Origin: a virus
DNA length: 64,000 nucleotides
Virus record (IMG/VR): IMGVR_UViG_3300010885_017276
Span: 1-64,000 of that record
Strand: one strand, 5' to 3'
Shown here one piece after another: positions 58,391 through 64,000 of the stretch. Both the position numbers and the translations under genes were made by a program. The notes under the pieces are model-generated. The model worked only from the letters and a program-made list of their open reading frames with translations. It was not told the DNA's origin and did no database searches. How positions within the stretch are numbered: the stretch's first letter is position 1; the number at the start of each line of letters is the position of its first letter.

Positions 58391-58444
58391 CGTAATATAA
58401 TTTACAAAAACATACAAAATTGTAAACTATATAACACATTAAGG

Positions 58445-58764
58445 GGGGGTGACTGGTTTTGACAGGTTACCAATAATTAATACAATCAGCCAGAGAGATA
58501 ACTGTAAACTAAGGTGAATTTTTTAAATGGCAAAAACATTTCTCGTGTAGTATCTCAAGGAGACAACGCACAAATCGAAGCTAACATGAACAAAGTATTC
58601 TCTCTATTGGGAGAAGAAGTTGCTGTAGCAGCCTAAATTCAAAGGATTTCTCTATTAGATTAAATAGAGTGGTGGAATCGTCAAGTGAGATTGACCCCAA
58701 TTAAGCTGTATAAATTGTATTAATGAACGTAATTTGGACGGGGGTTCGACTCCCCCCACCTCCA
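58445..58764 (+). ncRNA. ssrA: tmRNA
   Basis: 5' GGGGGTGACTGGTTTTGAC, 3' GACGGGGGTTCGACTCCCCCCACCTCCA with G3-U70; tag frame 58529-58636 ends VAVAA*. Confidence 0.92.
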
Positions 58765-58870
58765 CAAATGTTTAACGCATGAACATACTTATTAAATTAT
58801 TAGTACTCGCTGTGCCTTTAGGGCTATCAGCAAAACCTTTAATCAGAGCATTTAAAAACAGAAACAAAAA

Positions 58871-59137
58871 ATGAAAACAATCAAAATTGACGAAAATTAC
58901 TACATTTCCAGAGAGGACAGCCACAACTTCATTCTCCGTTACAGAGAAAACAAGGTAATCACAAAAGGGGGAGAAGAAAAGGAAGTTTTTTCAGAGAACA
59001 ACTACTACTACCCCAACGTATCGGGGTGCTTAAAGAAGTACCTAGACATAACTCAGACTAATGCAAAAGATGTTAAAGATTGTATCCAAGTAACACAAGA
59101 ATGCTATGAAAAAATAAGCAAATTAAAATTTAACTAA
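58871..59137 (+). CDS. Hypothetical protein
   Basis: 88-aa ORF with YYYP motif. Confidence 0.6.
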   Translation: MKTIKIDENYYISREDSHNFILRYRENKVITKGGEEKEVFSENNYYYPNVSGCLKKYLDITQTNAKDVKDCIQVTQECYEKISKLKFN

Positions 59138-59183
59138 TTTGCAAATATCAGATATTAATCGTATCTTTGTTCTTTAAAATTCA

Positions 59184-59216
59184 GCACCTCTTTCGTAAAT
59201 CGGGGTGCTTTTTTTT
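59184..59216 (+). terminator. Terminator-like hairpin in the nrdB leader
   Basis: GCACCTC...GGGGTGC-TTTTTTTT just after promoter TATCTTTG (~59162). Confidence 0.55.
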
Positions 59217-59249
59217 CCGACATACATAACTAATAATTTTATTTTAACA

Positions 59250-60227
59250 ATGAGTATTTTTACTGAAAGAAAGAACTACAAGCCATTCGAGTATAATGGT
59301 ATTACCGACCCACTTATCAACGCTATGTGGGCAAGTCATTGGACTCACAACGAATTTAATTTCTTGAATGATGTCCAAGATTACAAAACAAAATTGTCCC
59401 CTGAAGAACAAGAGGTAGTCAAAAGAGCTATCTTGTTGACATCACAAGTAGAGGTAGCTGTTAAGTCCTATTGGTCTAACATAGGAAAGCTTCTACCTAA
59501 GCCGGAGATAGCGGACATGGGGGCTGTGTTTGGGGGAGTTGAGGTGATTCACTCAAAAGCTTACGCAGAGATTTTATCTAAGTTAGGATTAGAGGATCAG
59601 TTCAATGATATTTTTAACGAACCGGTTGTCGTAGGTAGGGTAAACTATTTGTCAAAGTATATCAACAAGATTTACAAGAATGACCACAAAAACATTTGTT
59701 ACTCCTTGGTTCTTTTCACATTGTTCACAGAGTACACAGCTTTGTTCTCACAGTTTTATACTATCCTAGGCTTTAATAGATTCAGAGGTGTTTTGAAAGA
59801 TGTGGCCAATGTTGTACAATACACATCAAAAGAAGAAAACTTACATGCTGAAGGAGGCATCGCATTGCTGAACCAAATCAGAGCAGAGCATCCGGAGTTG
59901 TTTGACCAAGAGTTTGTACAAAAGATACAAGATGAAGTTCAAGAGGCTTTCAAAGCAGAATCAGATTTGATTGATTGGATTTTATCAGGGTACGAGAATG
60001 AGTTTTTATCTCCCACAATATTGAAAGGGTACATTAAGATTAGATTAAACGACTCTCTAGTAAAAATTGGTATGGAACCGGCCTTTGATATAGATCCGGA
60101 AATAAAAGAGAAGACTTTGTGGATGGAAGAGGAAGTTTACGCAAGTGCATTGACAGATTTTTTTCACAAGAAGCCTATCGATTACTCGAAGAAAATGAAA
60201 GCATATAACGAAGAAGAATTATTTTAA
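59250..60227 (+). CDS. nrdB: Ribonucleotide reductase class I beta subunit
   Basis: KPFEY, HWT..E, EVIHS.AY, KEENLH, DFF motifs; ATG at 59250. Confidence 0.95.
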   Translation: MSIFTERKNYKPFEYNGITDPLINAMWASHWTHNEFNFLNDVQDYKTKLSPEEQEVVKRAILLTSQVEVAVKSYWSNIGKLLPKPEIADMGAVFGGVEVIHSKAYAEILSKLGLEDQFNDIFNEPVVVGRVNYLSKYINKIYKNDHKNICYSLVLFTLFTEYTALFSQFYTILGFNRFRGVLKDVANVVQYTSKEENLHAEGGIALLNQIRAEHPELFDQEFVQKIQDEVQEAFKAESDLIDWILSGYENEFLSPTILKGYIKIRLNDSLVKIGMEPAFDIDPEIKEKTLWMEEEVYASALTDFFHKKPIDYSKKMKAYNEEELF

Positions 60228-60228
60228 T

Positions 60229-61875
60229 ATGAAGAATTATTATTGGTTAAACCAAGACTCAAGAACTTTTTTGAGTAAAGATTATTTATTACCGGGAGTT
60301 ACCCCCGAAGAAAGAATACGAGAAATCGCAGACACAGCCGAAGAAATCCTAGGCATTGATGGGTTTGCAAATAAGTTCGAGGACTATATGTCTAGAGGGT
60401 TCTATTCATTAGCCACTCCAGTTTGGATGAACTTTGGGTTAGACCGTGGGTTACCTATCTCTTGCTATGGTATTGACATCCAAGATGATACTATGGACAT
60501 CTTGAGGTCAGCTGCTGAGATCGGGGCTTTGACCAAGATGGGTGGAGGGACTGCAGGATTCTTTGGTAAGCTAAGAGGTAGAGGTGCTAAGATTAAAAAT
60601 AACGGAGTTTCAAATGGAGCAGTTAGTTTTATGTCTTTGTTCCAATCTACCACAAACATAATCACACAAGGCCAAGCAAGACGAGGTTACTTTGCTGCTT
60701 ATCTACCGGTTGACCATCCGGATATCGAGGAGTTCTTACAATGCCGTGAAGAGGGCAACGCAATCCAAGATATTGCTATTGGTGTTTGTATCTCAGATGA
60801 GTGGATGGAGGCAGTAGAAGCCGGAGACAGCGATAAAAGAAAGGTATTAGCTAAGATACACCAAAAGAGAGCAGAGACAGGTTTCCCTTATATCTTCTTT
60901 ACCGGTAATGTTAACAAAAACAAACCGGAAGTCTATAAGAATAAACACATGGATATCAATCACTCTCAGATGTGTACTGAAATCTTAGAATACACAGATG
61001 ACAAAAAGAGTTTTGTTTGTTGTTTGTCCTCTTTGAACTTGTTACATTGGGATGAGATAAAAGATACAGATGCTATCGAAACTTTGGCTTACTTCTTAGA
61101 TGCAGTATACTCAGAGTTCATAAAGAAAGCAGACAATGTCCCCTTTATGGAAAAGGCCGTGCTTTTTGCAAAAGAACACAGAAGTATCGGTATTGGGGTT
61201 CTAGGTTGGCATAGCTTCTTACAATCTAAGATGATACCATTTGAGGGGCTAGAGTCTAAGATGCTGAACGCAGAGATATTTAGAACCATCAACGATAAGA
61301 GTTTGATTGCTAGTATGAGGTTGGCTACTATATATGGAGAGCCTAAGATGTTAGAAGGTTACGGTCAGAGGTTTACCACTAGACTAGCAATTGCCCCTAC
61401 TACTAGTTCATCATTTATCCTAGGACAAGTTAGTCCAAGTATCGAGCCACTACATTCAAACTACTTTATCAAAGATTTAGCTAAAGGTAAGTTTGTTTAT
61501 ATTAACCCTTACTTGAAACAGCTACTAGAAGATAAAGAACAAGACACTCCGGAAGTATGGAGAAACATTTTGTCTAAGGGAGGTTCAGTACAGCACTTGG
61601 ATTTCTTGGATGAAAGAGAAAAAGGAGTATTCAAAACCTTTGGTGAGATTAGCCAATTAGAAATTGTGCAACAAGCCGCACAAAGACAGAAGTTTATCGA
61701 CCAAGGTCAATCATTAAACCTGATGATACACCCTGATACCACACTAAAAGATGTCAATGCTTTATTCTTTGAGGCTTGGAATCTAGGTATTAAGACATTG
61801 TATTACCAAAGAAGTGTTAATATGGCTCAACAAGTAAGTCGAGATCTTATGAATTGTAGCTCATGTGAGGCTTAG
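60229..61875 (+). CDS. nrdA: Ribonucleotide reductase class I alpha subunit (short, no ATP cone)
   Basis: LPISC, GGGT, SQMCTEI, CCLSS, AIAPT.SS, QGQS.N, KTLYY, C-terminal CSSC. Confidence 0.95.
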   Translation: MKNYYWLNQDSRTFLSKDYLLPGVTPEERIREIADTAEEILGIDGFANKFEDYMSRGFYSLATPVWMNFGLDRGLPISCYGIDIQDDTMDILRSAAEIGALTKMGGGTAGFFGKLRGRGAKIKNNGVSNGAVSFMSLFQSTTNIITQGQARRGYFAAYLPVDHPDIEEFLQCREEGNAIQDIAIGVCISDEWMEAVEAGDSDKRKVLAKIHQKRAETGFPYIFFTGNVNKNKPEVYKNKHMDINHSQMCTEILEYTDDKKSFVCCLSSLNLLHWDEIKDTDAIETLAYFLDAVYSEFIKKADNVPFMEKAVLFAKEHRSIGIGVLGWHSFLQSKMIPFEGLESKMLNAEIFRTINDKSLIASMRLATIYGEPKMLEGYGQRFTTRLAIAPTTSSSFILGQVSPSIEPLHSNYFIKDLAKGKFVYINPYLKQLLEDKEQDTPEVWRNILSKGGSVQHLDFLDEREKGVFKTFGEISQLEIVQQAAQRQKFIDQGQSLNLMIHPDTTLKDVNALFFEAWNLGIKTLYYQRSVNMAQQVSRDLMNCSSCEA

Positions 61876-61898
61876 TTTTATATTTAATTTTTTGTTTG

Positions 61899-61925
61899 AA
61901 CCCTCTAGAAATAGGGGGTTTTTTT
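61899..61925 (+). terminator. Intrinsic terminator
   Basis: AACCCTCTA-GAAA-TAGGGGGTT-TTTTT. Confidence 0.8.
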
Positions 61926-62008
61926 ATGATAAAAAATATTTAACAAAAAGCTTGTGTATGTTAAAGAATATTTATATCTTTGCAGAGTAAAATTAAAACA
62001 TTAGAATT

Positions 62009-62332
62009 ATGCACACAATAACAGTATGCCCAAGATGCGACAAGGACTTTATGTATCACCAAACAGATGTGCATTTGCATAGAGCAGTTGCGTGGGATGC
62101 AGACACCAATGAGCCGTGTTCCTTTGAAACACTTTGCCAAGATTGTGACCTAGAAGAAAAGTGGGTCGGCAAAGAAGTTAAAGTCAAGGGGGATGGCTAT
62201 GATACGCATTTGAATAAGTATAAGCTAGTTGTCACAGACATTGTTAGTGAAGAGTTCCCTATAACAGTTAAAATTGGGGATACTGATAGCTTTGAATGGT
62301 TTAACGAAAACGAATTAATTTTAGTTGAATAG
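62009..62332 (+). CDS. Zn-ribbon hypothetical protein
   Basis: CPRC...CQDC plus SH3-like C-terminus. Confidence 0.6.
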   Translation: MHTITVCPRCDKDFMYHQTDVHLHRAVAWDADTNEPCSFETLCQDCDLEEKWVGKEVKVKGDGYDTHLNKYKLVVTDIVSEEFPITVKIGDTDSFEWFNENELILVE

Positions 62333-62334
62333 AT

Positions 62335-62874
62335 ATGTACAGATTTAATCAAGAGAGATTAGCCTACGAAAAGGTTAATGTTTGGAAATACATCGGGATG
62401 ATGGCATTTTCATTAATTATTGTGGTTACACTAAGCTCCTTTGTTTGGAAGGAAATTGTAGTGGTTAGAGCTGAGAAAGAGATTGTCCTTAAGACAAACG
62501 AAGATTTCTCCAAAGACAAACTTATTGTAGAGATACAGAAGTATTCTTTTAAGTACCCCGATATTATTATGGCTCAAGCTATCGTTGAGAGCAGCCATTT
62601 TAAATCTCCCGTCTTTGTACAAAACCACAATATGTTTGGTATGAGGCAAGCTATGATTAGAATAAGCACAGCACAGGGCTCAAATCTAAATCATGCCTAC
62701 TATGATAGCTGGAAGGATTGCGTGGCTGACAGAGCTTTATATGAAGCACAGTACCTATCTAAACTATCAAGAGACCAATACTTTGCTTACTTAGACCAAG
62801 TTTACGCTGAAGGCTCAGGATACAGCCAACTATTAAAAAATGTAATTAAAAAGAATAACCTATGCCGGATATAA
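62335..62874 (+). CDS. Membrane-anchored glucosaminidase (GH73-like) domain protein
   Basis: TM, AQAIVES, HNMFGM, Y.SW.DCV.D, YAE...Y. Confidence 0.8.
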   Translation: MYRFNQERLAYEKVNVWKYIGMMAFSLIIVVTLSSFVWKEIVVVRAEKEIVLKTNEDFSKDKLIVEIQKYSFKYPDIIMAQAIVESSHFKSPVFVQNHNMFGMRQAMIRISTAQGSNLNHAYYDSWKDCVADRALYEAQYLSKLSRDQYFAYLDQVYAEGSGYSQLLKNVIKKNNLCRI

Positions 62875-63044
62875 GTATGTGCAGTGGAAGAGGCTGCGAA
62901 CAAAAAGAAAGGTGTTACAGACACACTGCAAAACCAAATGAGTTTAGGCAGTCTTACTTTACTAACCCCCCATTACAAAAAGACACACAAGAGTGTGACT
63001 ACTTTTGGAACAACGAAGAACAATTAACAAAAAAAGAAGAATAG
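62862..63044 (+). CDS. Small Cys-rich protein
   Basis: MPDISMC.G..C..KERCYR...QSYF...CDYFW. Confidence 0.65.
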   Translation: MPDISMCSGRGCEQKERCYRHTAKPNEFRQSYFTNPPLQKDTQECDYFWNNEEQLTKKEE

Positions 63045-63046
63045 AA

Positions 63047-63265
63047 ATGATTTACTTATTAATTTTTATGCCCTATGTGTTAGGCTGCGTTTTAGCTTAC
63101 TTAGCAAGTGATTTTGCTAATACTTTTAACTACTCTATCAAGAACATTCCTTGGTATATGAGTTCATTGTCTTGGATTTGGCTATTTGTATGTTTGTACC
63201 ATATCTTGATGCTTAGAAAAGCAGGCTTTAGAGGATACGAAACAACCAAAAAGTTTGACGAGTAA
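63047..63265 (+). CDS. Small membrane protein
   Basis: Two hydrophobic segments. Confidence 0.55.
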   Translation: MIYLLIFMPYVLGCVLAYLASDFANTFNYSIKNIPWYMSSLSWIWLFVCLYHILMLRKAGFRGYETTKKFDE

Positions 63266-63271
63266 AGTAAG

Positions 63272-63802
63272 ATGATACAACAAAAAAAGAAGGTTTGTAA
63301 AAACTGTCAGACAGAGCAGTTTATTTTTTCTAAGGGCCGATGTAGGCAGTGTACTATAATTGAAAATGCAAAGGGTACAATGGCGGTAGTTAGAAAAGCT
63401 ATAACTAAGCAGACTGACAAAAATAAGCTACACCGCAAATCGCAATCTGCGATACGAAACAGCTATTTTGAGTTCCATATAGATCTTTGCAAAGTGTCAG
63501 AGGAAAGTGGTGTAAGTATCACAGCCCCAACTAGGGCTAATATTTGCCACTTGTTTGACAAGTCTAGGCATCCCAGCTTACAGGGATGTCTTGACAACTA
63601 TGTTTATCTTACCTTAGATGAACATACTAGGTTTGATAAACTTTTGTATGACCACGAGTTCAAGAAGTTAGAGGTTGAGTACCCAAACATTTGGCCGGAG
63701 GTCGTAAACAGAATGGAGAACCTATTGGAGCTTTGTGAAGAACACACAAAGTTTAAAATTAAATTTGAAGAATACCTTGCACAATTAAAAAACAAGTTGT
63801 AA
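63272..63802 (+). CDS. Zn-finger/HNH-like putative endonuclease
   Basis: CKNC...CRQC; NICHLF.K..HP....DN..YL..DEH. Confidence 0.6.
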   Translation: MIQQKKKVCKNCQTEQFIFSKGRCRQCTIIENAKGTMAVVRKAITKQTDKNKLHRKSQSAIRNSYFEFHIDLCKVSEESGVSITAPTRANICHLFDKSRHPSLQGCLDNYVYLTLDEHTRFDKLLYDHEFKKLEVEYPNIWPEVVNRMENLLELCEEHTKFKIKFEEYLAQLKNKL

Positions 63803-63823
63803 CTTTGCCAAAAATTATAAGAC

Positions 63824-64000
63824 ATGATATGCACACTTAAAAAGTTAGAAGACAGATTCGTTGTAGTCTGTGCTAAACAAGGAGAGGACTGTGACTCGGT
63901 TATAGTAGAGCAGTTTGAATTACCTGAAGATTATCCTGATACAGATCTAGTAGAAGGCAAGAAGATAGATTTTGAACCTAACAATCTGTCTTATAGAGTA
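63824..64000 (+). CDS. Partial ORF running off the window
   Basis: ATG at 63824, open to the end of the window. Confidence 0.5.
   Translation, partial: MICTLKKLEDRFVVVCAKQGEDCDSVIVEQFELPEDYPDTDLVEGKKIDFEPNNLSYRV

Noticed and set aside
24260-61875. Inteins or introns in TerL, helicase, RecA, NrdA/B
   Set aside because: No splice-junction or homing motifs; ORFs are continuous and of normal length apart from the TerL N-terminal extension
1-64000. Stop-codon reassignment as in some crAss-like phages
   Set aside because: Long genes (TerL, portal, MCP, NrdA, GroEL) are intact in code 11, TAG and TGA end genes at tight junctions, and no suppressor tRNA is seen

Overview
AT-rich fragment of a large lytic podovirus-type phage of Bacteroidetes (Flavobacteriia-like host inferred from TTTG-N19-21-TAnnTTTG promoters), with crAss-like gene order. 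Bases 1-29.4 kb (minus strand) hold the virion and lysis module: terminase, portal, major capsid, tail/fibre genes, holin and GH19 endolysin. Bases 29.9-39.9 kb (plus) encode helicase, RecA, PhoH, an SSB-like protein, GroEL/GroES, thioesterase, tRNAs, thioredoxin and a ClpP-like protease. Bases 40-56 kb are an early region of many tiny ORFs separated by repeated hairpin, promoter and ACTAACTAAT modules. Bases 56-64 kb encode nucleases, tRNA-Arg, a tmRNA and NrdB/NrdA. Most striking: (i) seven otherwise diverse fibre-like proteins share an N-terminal W(F/W)RLPE(R/E)V leader, next to a glycosyltransferase-like gene and an 18-aa micro-ORF; (ii) two look-alike boundary loci (~40.0-40.6 and ~46.3-47.1 kb) may delimit a terminal repeat; (iii) a boxB/boxA-like leader precedes a hairpin-punctuated cassette array; (iv) two promoter-driven G-tract RNAs; (v) a tmRNA with a 35-aa tag. 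All family calls come from motif recognition by eye; no searches were run.
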